Source: Candidatus Parcubacteria bacterium (GTDB taxonomy: Bacteria; Patescibacteriota; Minisyncoccia; Phycocordibacterales; UBA2100). From it: 54,443 nt of DNA. The translations under genes were made by a program, and so were the position numbers. The stretch covers positions 1 through 54,443 of the forward strand of contig QZJK01000014.1 of the NCBI GenBank assembly GCA_003599295.1. The letters are read 5' to 3'. Shown piece by piece: positions 46,157-54,443 of this stretch; the stretch's first letter is position 1, and the number at the start of each line of letters is the position of its first letter. Under the pieces are notes generated by a model, which was not told where the DNA came from, searched no databases, and saw only the letters and a program-made list of their open reading frames with translations.

Positions 46157-46243
46157 TGGTGCGCAGGGGGAGACTCGAACTCCCATGCCCTTGCGGGCGC
46201 TACCACCTCAAGGTAGTACGTCTACCAATTTCGCCACCTGCGC
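46157..46243 (-). tRNA. tRNA-Leu(GAG), CCA encoded
   Basis: GCGCAGG/CCTGCGC acceptor; CTACC-TTGAGGT-GGTAG anticodon arm; long variable arm. Confidence 0.96.
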
Positions 46244-46255
46244 AGCGAGTGTATG

Positions 46256-46699
46256 TTACTCCGCTTTTTCTTCTTTTCCAACGGCTACTGGCTCTGCCGG
46301 AGTGCTTTCTTCCACAGTATCGGAAACCGTTTCTTCGGGAACTGCGGCGCCCATCATGCGCGTGCGACGAAGCTGGCGCCGCGCTTCGCGCGCTACCTTC
46401 TCGCGGATGTAGTACAACTTCGCTCTGCGAACGCGGGTGCGCTTTGTGATCTCGATCTTATCTATCATCGGAGAGTAGAGCGGGAACACTTTCTCAACGC
46501 CCACGCCGCTTGATACGCGGCGCACAGTAAAAGTAGCTCCTGCTTCAACGCCGTGCTTCCGCGCGAGGACGAGCCCCTCGAATGCCTGAAGGCGAGTCTT
46601 CCCTTTTTCCTCGATTTTCTGGTACACACGAACGGTGTCCCCGGGACGAAGGTCCAGGTTCTTTCGTGCATTCACGTCTACCAGCGAATGTACTGCCAT
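46256..46699 (-). CDS. rplS: 50S ribosomal protein bL19
   Basis: [38 protein letters not shown]. Confidence 0.98.
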   Translation of the reverse strand: MAVHSLVDVNARKNLDLRPGDTVRVYQKIEEKGKTRLQAFEGLVLARKHGVEAGATFTVRRVSSGVGVEKVFPLYSPMIDKIEITKRTRVRRAKLYYIREKVAREARRQLRRTRMMGAAVPEETVSDTVEESTPAEPVAVGKEEKAE

Positions 46700-46726
46700 A
46701 GTCGCGGCACTATACCATTCGGGACA

Positions 46727-46999
46727 CTAGAAAACAATATCGAACGATTGGTACTGGTTTTTCGGCTCATGCCATTCGATGTCGACCTTGGTCACGTGTG
46801 CAAGAAAAGGGCCTTTGTGTAAGTGTGCAGCAAGCTTTTCTAAACTGTCTTTATGCCCCTGCGCCACGACTTCAACCGTAAAATCGGGCATGTTCCGGAC
46901 GTATCCAACGAGCGCGAGCGAGCGAGCTTTGCGCTGCACGAAATCACGGTACATGACCATCTGCACCCTGCCATGAACCCGGCACAAAATCTCTTCCAT
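46727..46999 (-). CDS. acyP: Acylphosphatase
   Basis: VHGRVQ.V.YR, GYVRN.PD..VEVVAQG, GP..A.V. Confidence 0.93.
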   Translation of the reverse strand: MEEILCRVHGRVQMVMYRDFVQRKARSLALVGYVRNMPDFTVEVVAQGHKDSLEKLAAHLHKGPFLAHVTKVDIEWHEPKNQYQSFDIVF

Positions 47000-47000
47000 G

Positions 47001-47073
47001 TGCACCCTGTAGGACTCGAACCTACGACCTTCCCCGTGTAAAGGGGTTGCTCTACCAACTGAGCTAAGGGTGC
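47001..47073 (-). tRNA. tRNA-Val(TAC)
   Basis: GCACCCT/AGGGTGC acceptor; anticodon TAC; GGTTCGAGTCC. Confidence 0.96.
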
Positions 47074-47076
47074 ATG

Positions 47077-47148
47077 TGCCCCCACTAGGAGTCGAACCCA
47101 GATCATCGCCTTAGAAGAGCGCAGCTCTATCCATTGAGCTATGGGGGC
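47077..47148 (-). tRNA. tRNA-Arg(TCT)
   Basis: GCCCCCA/TGGGGGC acceptor; loop CT-TCT-AA; GGTTCGACTCC; promoter TTGACC-18-TAGGAT at 47186-47157. Confidence 0.93.
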
Positions 47149-47193
47149 AATACTGAATCCTAACCGGCAGAGTACTGCGGGGTCAATGAAAAA

Positions 47194-47523
47194 CTATCGG
47201 AATGGATCTGCCACGACCGGCGGATTGTCTGTAAGGAATTCGTATCGCTTGCTCCGCTCCGAGAAACCGCTCACGGTGCCCTGAAGCGCCGCGCGGTCGA
47301 GAGGAGAACGTGCGGCAGCTTGCTCAAGCTGTGCGGCCTCGGGGGAGCCGGTTATCGCGATGAGCTGCCAAAATCCGTACCACACAAAGACGGTAACGAC
47401 GAGAGCCGTCGCAAAGAGAAGAATGTGCCAATACGCGTTTGCAAGCACATGCACACATTCAGGCTCATGCCGGTTCTGGTACGCATGCCGCAATTTCTTC
47501 CAGGAGTGGTTTAAAGGATTCAT
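47194..47523 (-). CDS. Single-TM protein, last gene of the pilM-N-O-like operon
   Basis: One TM; C-terminal DPF motif; start overlaps the upstream stop. Confidence 0.7.
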   Translation of the reverse strand: MNPLNHSWKKLRHAYQNRHEPECVHVLANAYWHILLFATALVVTVFVWYGFWQLIAITGSPEAAQLEQAAARSPLDRAALQGTVSGFSERSKRYEFLTDNPPVVADPFR

Positions 47524-48080
47524 GATGAGATGTCAGCAGTCGTAAGGACGCGAATACGCGCAACAAAACGCCACCCGCTGGCGCTTCCGCCTGCTTCAGG
47601 CGGAATGCGCTCGAACTGCATTTGATATATTTCCGAGGGAAACGGGAGCACCTGAAGGAGGGCTGCGGCGTGAACGAGTCTCCCGAACGCTCCTTGTGCT
47701 TCGACGACGGCATTCACGGGACGGATGGTCGGAACATCGGGAGAGGCAGCTGATATCGGATCTCCGGCTGCGACCTGGAGGATTTCAAGCCGCACACCTG
47801 CATCCTCTCCCACCATTTCGATGACTTCGACGATAGAAAGAAGGTCTGTGCGTGCGATCCTGTCGAGCGCGTCTCGCTCCTCGCGCGTCTCGCGCGCGAT
47901 CGCGTGCATGCGCAGATCTGATTCGAATCTCGCCGCTTCCTCCGCAAGAGCCGTTTGTCTCGAGACGCGCGCCGCCTCGGCGCCGGAAACCGACCACGCA
48001 AAATAGCCGACTGTCCCCCACGCAATGAGCGCAAAGGCCAGGATGAGCCAGGGAACGTATGCTGCTTGGAGATTGTGCAT
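47520..48080 (-). CDS. PilO-like type IV pilus alignment protein
   Basis: TM, coiled coil, then G.F......A.L..LP ferredoxin-like pattern; position after the pilN-like gene. Confidence 0.65.
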   Translation of the reverse strand: MHNLQAAYVPWLILAFALIAWGTVGYFAWSVSGAEAARVSRQTALAEEAARFESDLRMHAIARETREERDALDRIARTDLLSIVEVIEMVGEDAGVRLEILQVAAGDPISAASPDVPTIRPVNAVVEAQGAFGRLVHAAALLQVLPFPSEIYQMQFERIPPEAGGSASGWRFVARIRVLTTADISS

Positions 48081-48087
48081 AGAAGGA

Positions 48088-48618
48088 TTAAAAAGCGCCT
48101 GTAAGGGTGATGGAAAAACGACCCCCTTCCGTTCCTGCGAATGCTCCGGCAGGGACCGAGACGTTCTCAAAGTGCGGATCGGCGGAAAGTGCTTCGCGAT
48201 AGGCGCTGATGCTTGCACGATTTGCCGCCGTGCCGTTTATGACTATCGAACTTCCATCTTCGGTCGTGTATCGGATGTCGTCTACGGAGGCACCCGCCGG
48301 CCGCGCTCGGAGCGCCGCAAGTATTGCCTCGAGCGCCGGTGCCGTTGAAGACGACATCGGTGAGAACTGCGCTACGAGCGCCTGCGCGCGCAATATGTCG
48401 CCTCGGTCCTTCTCGTTTTCGGGATCGGCCGGCAGCGTGATATCGGTCGCTTCGGAAAGCGCTGCTTGCTGTGCGCGTATCGTGAGCACGCTCGGAAGAA
48501 GGGAGAGGAGCGCGAGGAGCGCTCCAGAGAGAAGCACAAGTGAGCCAACAAAGATGAAGCGGCCTCGATGGAATCTCCATACTTCTTTCCGGGCTCCTGC
48601 TGGTAGAACATTCGACAT
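48088..48618 (-). CDS. PilN-like type IV pilus alignment protein
   Basis: TM, coiled coil, I.I.G.A.NR..I..Y...L.....F.NV. Confidence 0.75.
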   Translation of the reverse strand: MSNVLPAGARKEVWRFHRGRFIFVGSLVLLSGALLALLSLLPSVLTIRAQQAALSEATDITLPADPENEKDRGDILRAQALVAQFSPMSSSTAPALEAILAALRARPAGASVDDIRYTTEDGSSIVINGTAANRASISAYREALSADPHFENVSVPAGAFAGTEGGRFSITLTGAF

Positions 48619-48633
48619 ACTGAAGAACGCGCG

Positions 48634-49776
48634 TTAGACGCCGCGGAGCGCGAGACCAACTGCGGTCGCATATTGCATGGAAGTCGGACGGTCTATCGGC
48701 GGGATATATTCATTGAACGAGCACACGCGCCCCCAGACATTTGGATGCAGCGCGGGTGCCTGCACTCGCGTCGCGATGTAATCTGTTAGCCCTTTCAAGT
48801 TCGCGCTTCCTCCGACAAGAAGTACGCGCGCGACCGGCGTTAAGCGTTCGCCCTGTTCATTTCGACGCGTATCCCAAAAATGAAAATGTTTGACGACTTC
48901 GTCCGCAAGCGCGGACGCTGTTCCGAGCAGTATTTCGGCGCCCGGAGATTTCTCGCCATCGCCTGAAACCATGAGAAGCCCTTCTTCGTTCTTGAACTTC
49001 TCTGCGGCTTCGACGGAAAGCGAGAGTTTTTTAACAAGTGCGTTCGTCATGTTGAGACCACCGACTCCGACCGTTGAAGTGAAAATTGGTATGCCCCGTT
49101 TGACGACCGAGAAACCGGTCCGCGTTCGCCCGAAATCAACGATGAGAGTCGTCGAATCCTCTTCTTCGGATGCAACCGTTACGGCTCGTGCGATAGAGCG
49201 AGCCTCCACCTCGAGGGAAAGGAGCTGTATGCCCGCTTCGTGGAACGCCTCTGTGTAGCTTTCCGCAAGTTCGCGAGGAAATACGGAGACCCCTATCTCA
49301 TCCCCCGCGCCACCCCCCCGTTTTGTGATGACGTCGTAATCAAACACGGCTCCCGCCGGAGGAATAGGAACTCTGCCCTCCAATTCAAACTCGATCATGC
49401 TGAGAACGTTCTTGCGGTCCGAGCTTTCCGGCACATGCATGCCGAATACGTACGCGGCCTCTTCCGGGAGTGCCGCGTGTGCACACGAAACACCGAGTTT
49501 TTTCTTTATTTCTCGGAGAACCGCTGCGAGAACAGGAACGTCTTGGACCACGCCATCGACAACGGCCCCTCCCGGGAGGAGCTCTTCACCGAACGAGAGT
49601 ATCTTTTCTCGTTCGGTTGCTCCTCCAAGTACGAGCCATTTTACCGATGCGTCAGAAATATCCACGCCCGCTGAACGCGGGTAGAGAGAGAGCGGCGCCG
49701 GAAACCAGTGCGCAAGAAGGCTCGGACGCGAATGAACGCGCTTCACGCCTCCGGAGTGCGGATTCGGCGTTTGCAT
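48634..49776 (-). CDS. pilM: Type IV pilus assembly protein PilM
   Basis: GVDISD.SVK, LE.E..SIARA, IVDFG..RT, LVGGSANL.GL, YATAVGLALRG. Confidence 0.9.
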   Translation of the reverse strand: MQTPNPHSGGVKRVHSRPSLLAHWFPAPLSLYPRSAGVDISDASVKWLVLGGATEREKILSFGEELLPGGAVVDGVVQDVPVLAAVLREIKKKLGVSCAHAALPEEAAYVFGMHVPESSDRKNVLSMIEFELEGRVPIPPAGAVFDYDVITKRGGGAGDEIGVSVFPRELAESYTEAFHEAGIQLLSLEVEARSIARAVTVASEEEDSTTLIVDFGRTRTGFSVVKRGIPIFTSTVGVGGLNMTNALVKKLSLSVEAAEKFKNEEGLLMVSGDGEKSPGAEILLGTASALADEVVKHFHFWDTRRNEQGERLTPVARVLLVGGSANLKGLTDYIATRVQAPALHPNVWGRVCSFNEYIPPIDRPTSMQYATAVGLALRGV

Positions 49777-49818
49777 CTTCGCTATTATAGCAACGTTTTA
49801 AGCGGGAATGATGCAATT

Positions 49819-50151
49819 TCAACGCAGCTGCGTGCCGCTTGGTACATTTCTCTCGGGAGACAGCAAGGCTACGCCGGATTCATCGCTCGCGGCCATGAGC
49901 ATGCCCTGACTTTCGACTCCGCGAAGCATTCGCGGGATAAGATTCACGATGTACGGAAACTGCCGGCCTATGAGCTCCTCGGGCGTCTTCCATTCTGCGA
50001 TACCGGACACGATCGTTCTGGTACCCAACTCGCCGAATTCAACCGTACACTTGATGAGTTTGTCGGTGTCCGGGACAGGCTCCGCGGCGATCACGGTCCC
50101 GATGCGTATGTCGAGCTTCGCGAAGTCCTCGTATGAGATTTCCGGCTTCAT
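49819..50151 (-). CDS. Stand-alone tRNA-binding OB-fold protein (Trbp111/MetRS C-terminal-like)
   Basis: ISYEDFAKLDIRIG, DKL, RTIVSGI, NL.PR..RGVESQGML. Confidence 0.9.
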   Translation of the reverse strand: MKPEISYEDFAKLDIRIGTVIAAEPVPDTDKLIKCTVEFGELGTRTIVSGIAEWKTPEELIGRQFPYIVNLIPRMLRGVESQGMLMAASDESGVALLSPERNVPSGTQLR

Positions 50152-50163
50152 GATTCCTAGATT

Positions 50164-50562
50164 CTAGTCTGAACGCTCGCCGGCATGCGTGTCGAGATAC
50201 CGTTGGAGAATGATGGCTGCCGCAGAAGCATCATCGTGCTCGCGACCCTTGGGAGCGAACCGTGATGCCTCGATGGAACTCCACGCTTCCCATACTGTCC
50301 GGACCGGAACTGAAAGCGTCGACGCAAGCGCATCCGAGAACTCCTGTGCCTCTTTGGTCACAGGATTCGGTTCTCCTGAAAGCGCACGAGTGTCGCCAAT
50401 GACGATAACTTCTATGCCCTTTTCTCGCCCTATTTCCTCAATATTCTTGAGAAGGGTGCGGTCATTCTGCAAGACAATATGCGGAAAGGCGAATTTCCCC
50501 TCGTCGTCGGAGAGGGCAAGGCCGACCCGTTTCGCACCATAGTCGAGACCTAGGAATTTCAT
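50164..50562 (-). CDS. ruvX: YqgF/RuvX family nuclease (pre-16S rRNA nuclease)
   Basis: [32 protein letters not shown]. Confidence 0.93.
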   Translation of the reverse strand: MKFLGLDYGAKRVGLALSDDEGKFAFPHIVLQNDRTLLKNIEEIGREKGIEVIVIGDTRALSGEPNPVTKEAQEFSDALASTLSVPVRTVWEAWSSIEASRFAPKGREHDDASAAAIILQRYLDTHAGERSD

Positions 50563-50993
50563 TCCGACAGTGTATCACTTTGCTTTCTTTTTAGCGTCGA
50601 AGTCTTGAATTCTTCCGGCTTGTGTGCGCGCATGCGAAGAACTCGTGTTGTTAGTCCAGCTTTTTTTAGCTCTTCTTCGAGGTGTTCGACGTATTCCCCT
50701 TCTTGGTCATAACCGAGCGCGATGATGTCAGGTCTATTCGCTTTAATGTGCTCGATATAGCCAACCGTGTCACCAAGTACGGCAGTATCGACGAGCGGAT
50801 GTGCGGCGACCACTCTGAGTCTTTCTTTTTCTCCACGTTCGGGGCGACCGCCTTTCACGCGCGCGGCTGCGTCGTCGCGCGCGACTGACACTATCAAGTA
50901 CGGCTCTTCGGCAACTGCACGCGCCTGGCGGAAAAAATCTTCATGACCCTCATGAAGCATGTCGAATGTCCCGAACACCATCACGCGCGTCAT
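50559..50993 (-). CDS. Cytidylyltransferase-like protein, probable RibL-type FAD synthetase
   Basis: [10 protein letters not shown] (HxGH), [17 protein letters not shown]; adjacent to a riboflavin kinase. Confidence 0.8.
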   Translation of the reverse strand: MTRVMVFGTFDMLHEGHEDFFRQARAVAEEPYLIVSVARDDAAARVKGGRPERGEKERLRVVAAHPLVDTAVLGDTVGYIEHIKANRPDIIALGYDQEGEYVEHLEEELKKAGLTTRVLRMRAHKPEEFKTSTLKRKQSDTLSE

Positions 50994-51355
50994 GGTTGCG
51001 TTCTTTGCTTGAAATAATCGCGCACGCGACTCACGTCTTCCGCTATTGCCATACGAAGTTTCTCGTCGTTGTCGAACCGCGCGCTATCGCGGATCTTTTC
51101 GTACAATTCAATGACCACTTTTTTCCCGTACAGTTCCTGCATGGGAAAATCAAGCAGGTGCGCTTCGAGAACCCCCCGCTCGGGATCGGCGAATGCCGCC
51201 GCTATATGCTTCGCGTTCCCCACGCTCACACGCGCCGCATACACTCCCCGTGCCTCCGACGGCTTGAACGGAATATTGATGGTGGGAAATCCGAGCGCCG
51301 CTGCTCGTTTCGTCCCTCGTTGAACGACTCCTTCGACTTCTTTGAACGTCTGCAT
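50990..51355 (-). CDS. Stand-alone riboflavin kinase (RibF C-terminal domain)
   Basis: G.V..G......LGFPT.N, GVYA, EAHLLDF...LYG, IR....F, I..DV. Confidence 0.9.
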   Translation of the reverse strand: MQTFKEVEGVVQRGTKRAAALGFPTINIPFKPSEARGVYAARVSVGNAKHIAAAFADPERGVLEAHLLDFPMQELYGKKVVIELYEKIRDSARFDNDEKLRMAIAEDVSRVRDYFKQRTQP

Positions 51356-51358
51356 GTG

Positions 51359-51443
51359 CGGAGGGGGTGAGATTCGAACTCACGGTGGGTTGCCCCACGC
51401 CGCATTTCAAGTGCGGTGCATTAGACCTCTCTGCCACCCCTCC
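51359..51443 (-). tRNA. tRNA-Ser(TGA)
   Basis: GGAGGGG/CCCCTCC acceptor; CCGCA-CTTGAAA-TGCGG; long variable arm. Confidence 0.96.
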
Positions 51444-51529
51444 TGCTATTCACCGTAGTTGTATCACGCCGCAAAAGATGTGCACAGAAGCCCGTTGGCG
51501 GACGGGCATATCGGCTACAATGAATGTAT

Positions 51530-51940
51530 ATGAAAACCCGCGGCTTTACGCTCATTGAGTTACTCGTGGTCATCGCCATTATCGGTCTTCTCGCATCCAT
51601 AGTCATAGCATCGCTCTCGTCGGCACAAACAAAGGCCCGTGATGCGCGTCGGACCGCCGACATGGACACGATGCGAAAAGCCCTTGCTCTTTACGCAAGT
51701 AACGGCGGCACCTATCCGGTTGATGCTGTTGGAGGACCGCTGACTTCGTCTTCTGGCCCGGGGGCGGCGCTGATAGCAGATAATGCTATCGCGGCCATTC
51801 CTGAAGATCCTCTCGACCCGACATATCAGTATGAATATGTCTCGGACGCGAACGGCACTACCTATATCTTGAGCTTCTGTCTTGAGACGAACACGATACG
51901 CGGATACAGTCAGGGTTGCGGGAATGAGATCACTCCTTAA
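51530..51940 (+). CDS. Type IV pilin / GspG-like prepilin
   Basis: RG-FTLIELLVVIAIIGLLASIV cleavage motif; ARDARR..D, YP, P.DP. Confidence 0.93.
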   Translation: MKTRGFTLIELLVVIAIIGLLASIVIASLSSAQTKARDARRTADMDTMRKALALYASNGGTYPVDAVGGPLTSSSGPGAALIADNAIAAIPEDPLDPTYQYEYVSDANGTTYILSFCLETNTIRGYSQGCGNEITP

Positions 51941-52023
51941 ACGTCCTCACCGAGGGCGGCTCGGCGCACACTTTCATGTGCGAGTGCTATGATATGAACG
52001 TGCGAATCCGCGTTTGATCTTGT

Positions 52024-52494
52024 ATGCCTCAACAATCTGCACCAATTCGCTGGCAAGCGTATGAACACGAGCACATTGAGCGAGGGCGTGACTGGTACTG
52101 GGCGCTCGGCATCATTGCGGTATGCGCGGCTTTGATAAGCGTTCTCTTTGGGAACAGCCTCTTTGGCATCCTCATTCTTGTGGCTGCTGCGACGCTGGGA
52201 CTTCTCGCAAAAACGACGCCTTTACTCGTTGAGTTCGAACTTACAGAACGCGGCATTCGAGTCGGGGATGCTCTGCATCGCTACGAAGAGGTCATTTCGT
52301 TCTGGGTGGAAGAGCACGACGTGAATCCTCCTATTCTTCTTATCGATACCGTAAAATGGCTCTCGCCGAACCTCGTCATACCGATAGAGGGAGTTGACCC
52401 GCGCGAGGTGCGGGCGTTTCTTTCGGAGCGCGCCGAAGAAATCCCGATGAAAGAATCGGTGGCGCATAAAATATTGGAGTTTTTCGGCCTCTAG
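52024..52494 (+). CDS. Conserved 2-TM membrane protein (CPR-type, DUF5673-like)
   Basis: W.A.E..H..R..DWYW; two TMs; LT..GI.V....Y....SFW. Confidence 0.8.
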   Translation: MPQQSAPIRWQAYEHEHIERGRDWYWALGIIAVCAALISVLFGNSLFGILILVAAATLGLLAKTTPLLVEFELTERGIRVGDALHRYEEVISFWVEEHDVNPPILLIDTVKWLSPNLVIPIEGVDPREVRAFLSERAEEIPMKESVAHKILEFFGL

Positions 52495-52495
52495 C

Positions 52496-54262
52496 CTATC
52501 GAAAGGCCACCGCATCTTCGCTGACAGAGATAGTAGAGGTCGCTTCGCGGACATTGCCGCCAAGCGTCGTACAGGTAAGAAGTATCTCGGTCATTTCCGT
52601 TATGGGAGACGTCTCGGCGACACCGTTAATGTTCGTACGCGCGGCATTCCGTTCCGTGAAGTCGAGCTGGTCTGGGCTTGAAACGGTGCACTTTTCCATT
52701 CCCGATGTGACCCACCCTATGGTCGCCTTATCGTTGAGAAGAACTGAATCCGGGTTCGCAACGAGTACGATGGCTGGTTTCGCGACCTGCACGGTGCATG
52801 ATGCGGACGATGAGAGTGATTGATTACTGCAGACGAGTCCGAACGCGACTGTATTCGTGCTGCCCGAAGGAGCGGAAACGGCCGTGCTTGTGGCTCCCGA
52901 AAGCGCGCCGCCGGTTGAGAAACCGCTCGCGGTGCTGACGCCCGCGGAGCATCCCCACGTGATAGCAATGGTCATCCCCGGGTCAGCGACTTGCGGTTGG
53001 CAGGAAAGTTCCGCTGTTGGAGCACCCGGCGTTTGAGCACATGCATTTCCAGAACAACCGTTTGGACATTGCTGCATAGGAACATCAACGCACTGCGAGT
53101 TGCGCGAGTAGAGCGTGTTGTTCGTGCACACAAGCTGGGGTGCGCACGTGCCCGGTGTTTGCGGGTTTTGATTTCCGGGAGGAGGAGCTCCGCCCTGCCC
53201 TTGCTGACCTCCCAAACCTTTCATGAGACCCTGCAAGAGCTGGCCGATGCCGCCTGCTCCGCCACCCAGACTTCCTGAACCACCAGGACCAAAACCACCT
53301 AGGTCAGAAAATATATCATCTCTAGTTCCGGGATCGGTTCCGGGCGGTACAGGGTTGGGACGCGGGATGGGCACAAGAGTCTTTTGCTCTGCCGCGAGAC
53401 GGTTCTTTTGTATATTTAACTCTCGAAGCTGTGTCTCTGCCCTTCTTAGTTGTTCTTCGGCTGTATCCACTGACTCGCTTGTGGCTCCCGCAGGATTACG
53501 AGCTAGAGCATCTATAGCGGCCTCATAATCCGTCTTTGCTTGTTGCACGATTGCATCTTGCTTGGTGATCTGTTCATCAAATGCGCCGAGAAGCGCCTGG
53601 CGCTGTGCGTCATTGAGTGCAAGATCGCTCGCAATCGCCTCGAGCATGCCTGGATCTTGTGACGCTGCGGCATCTCCTATAAGTCCTCGCATGGCGCGTA
53701 GACGCGTCTCATCACTAAGGAGTTGTTCCCCGGCTTTCGCATCTACCTCGAAACATCCTCCTCCATCCCCGCCTGCGCAGTAGTAGATAGAACACTTTTG
53801 GTTTTCGAGGCTCGCGATCGCAGGCTTTTTGTCAGTACATGTCGGTGGTGGTGGGAGAACGCAGCCGGCGGCGGAGGGCATTATCGACTCAGGGGTGACT
53901 GTGACGGTCCCCTTACTTTCATTAACAACGTAGCGAAATCCCGGGTTGCACGTCTGCTCAAGCTTTTGTATGTCCGCTATGGGGCCCGTCTGCCGACACG
54001 CATAATTTACCGGCACAGAAATCACCGTGCCGCCTTGACTGTAACATTGCGCTGTTCCCGGTGTTGGCTTGTCTGTGACATCCGTTGGTTTTTCCGTGGT
54101 TGCATCGGCTGTTGGAGCCGTCGCTGACGTTGCGGCTGTTTGAGAATTCCGAGAAGGCTTTGAAACCGAGGAAGCTACAACTGCGGCGGCGAGGATAAGA
54201 ATGACCGCGACTGCGATGAGTGCGAGTACGTGCGTTATCGCCTCGTGGCGAGACCCATTCAT
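52496..54262 (-). CDS. Large N-anchored Cys-rich surface protein with coiled coil, Gly/Pro linker and C-terminal Ig-like repeats
   Basis: N-terminal TM; Cys-rich blocks (CPNGCSGNAC); L.A.P..V......I.W....C.V Ig-like units. Confidence 0.75.
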   Translation of the reverse strand: MNGSRHEAITHVLALIAVAVILILAAAVVASSVSKPSRNSQTAATSATAPTADATTEKPTDVTDKPTPGTAQCYSQGGTVISVPVNYACRQTGPIADIQKLEQTCNPGFRYVVNESKGTVTVTPESIMPSAAGCVLPPPPTCTDKKPAIASLENQKCSIYYCAGGDGGGCFEVDAKAGEQLLSDETRLRAMRGLIGDAAASQDPGMLEAIASDLALNDAQRQALLGAFDEQITKQDAIVQQAKTDYEAAIDALARNPAGATSESVDTAEEQLRRAETQLRELNIQKNRLAAEQKTLVPIPRPNPVPPGTDPGTRDDIFSDLGGFGPGGSGSLGGGAGGIGQLLQGLMKGLGGQQGQGGAPPPGNQNPQTPGTCAPQLVCTNNTLYSRNSQCVDVPMQQCPNGCSGNACAQTPGAPTAELSCQPQVADPGMTIAITWGCSAGVSTASGFSTGGALSGATSTAVSAPSGSTNTVAFGLVCSNQSLSSSASCTVQVAKPAIVLVANPDSVLLNDKATIGWVTSGMEKCTVSSPDQLDFTERNAARTNINGVAETSPITEMTEILLTCTTLGGNVREATSTISVSEDAVAFR

Positions 54263-54348
54263 GCGCTCATTCTCGCGCTCGAATGCCCCTCACGCAACGC
54301 TATCGGGTGCGCGAAATGTGGAAAAGACTGGAAAATTTGCCTCTATCC

Positions 54349-54443
54349 CCTCGGCAGGAAGCGGCCAAGAACATTTTTTACCGCCGTCGCGGCAAAAAAT
54401 TCCTCGGCCCTGGTTTTGCGGCCCGTCCTGCTGAACGGGCCCC
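54349..54443. other. Palindromic structured element, possibly truncated by window end
   Basis: GGCCAAGAACATTTTTTACCGC-CGTC-GCGGCAAAAAATTCCTCGGCC hairpin inside an outer CGGCAGGA/TCCTGCTG stem. Confidence 0.45.

Noticed and set aside
54349-54360. Second L10 leader (shares CCTGCCGAGG with the leader near 5742)
   Set aside because: No AAGACAG partner motif and no ribosomal protein gene downstream; probably coincidence.

Overview
This window is chromosomal DNA from a small-genome Patescibacteria (CPR) bacterium, most likely Parcubacteria/Kaiserbacteria-like. That assignment is inferred from gene content, CPR-typical surface proteins and the absence of rplA after rplK. Core content: the 5' part of a 23S rRNA gene with its own promoter and no upstream 16S; translation genes (rplJL with L10 leader, rplK, rplS, rpsF, rpsR, efp, metG, glyQS, ileS, argS, five tRNAs); DNA metabolism genes (ftsK, recA, ssb, recO, ruvX, tatD); secE-nusG; and type IV pilus genes (pilM/N/O-like and a pilin). 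A surface-protein cluster holds an S-layer-like protein, peptidoglycan-binding proteins, an O-antigen-ligase/TPR protein and a secreted lipase. The most notable observation is a ~410-nt independently transcribed non-coding RNA upstream of secE. It carries, in order, sequence blocks I recognise from memory as OLE RNA, a class known mainly from Bacillota. It appears miniaturised and has no adjacent oapA. Other signals: a -10 box 6-10 nt before the ATG of about 22 genes (pervasive leaderless transcription); tRNA 3' ends 1-3 nt from the next start codon; a boxA-like element shared by the 23S leader and the long structured leader of the S-layer-like gene; phased GTCCTT repeats in and upstream of a winged-helix gene; and several rod-like palindromic elements. 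No CRISPR array, transposase, integrase or reverse transcriptase was seen. All homology calls come from motif recognition, not database searches.
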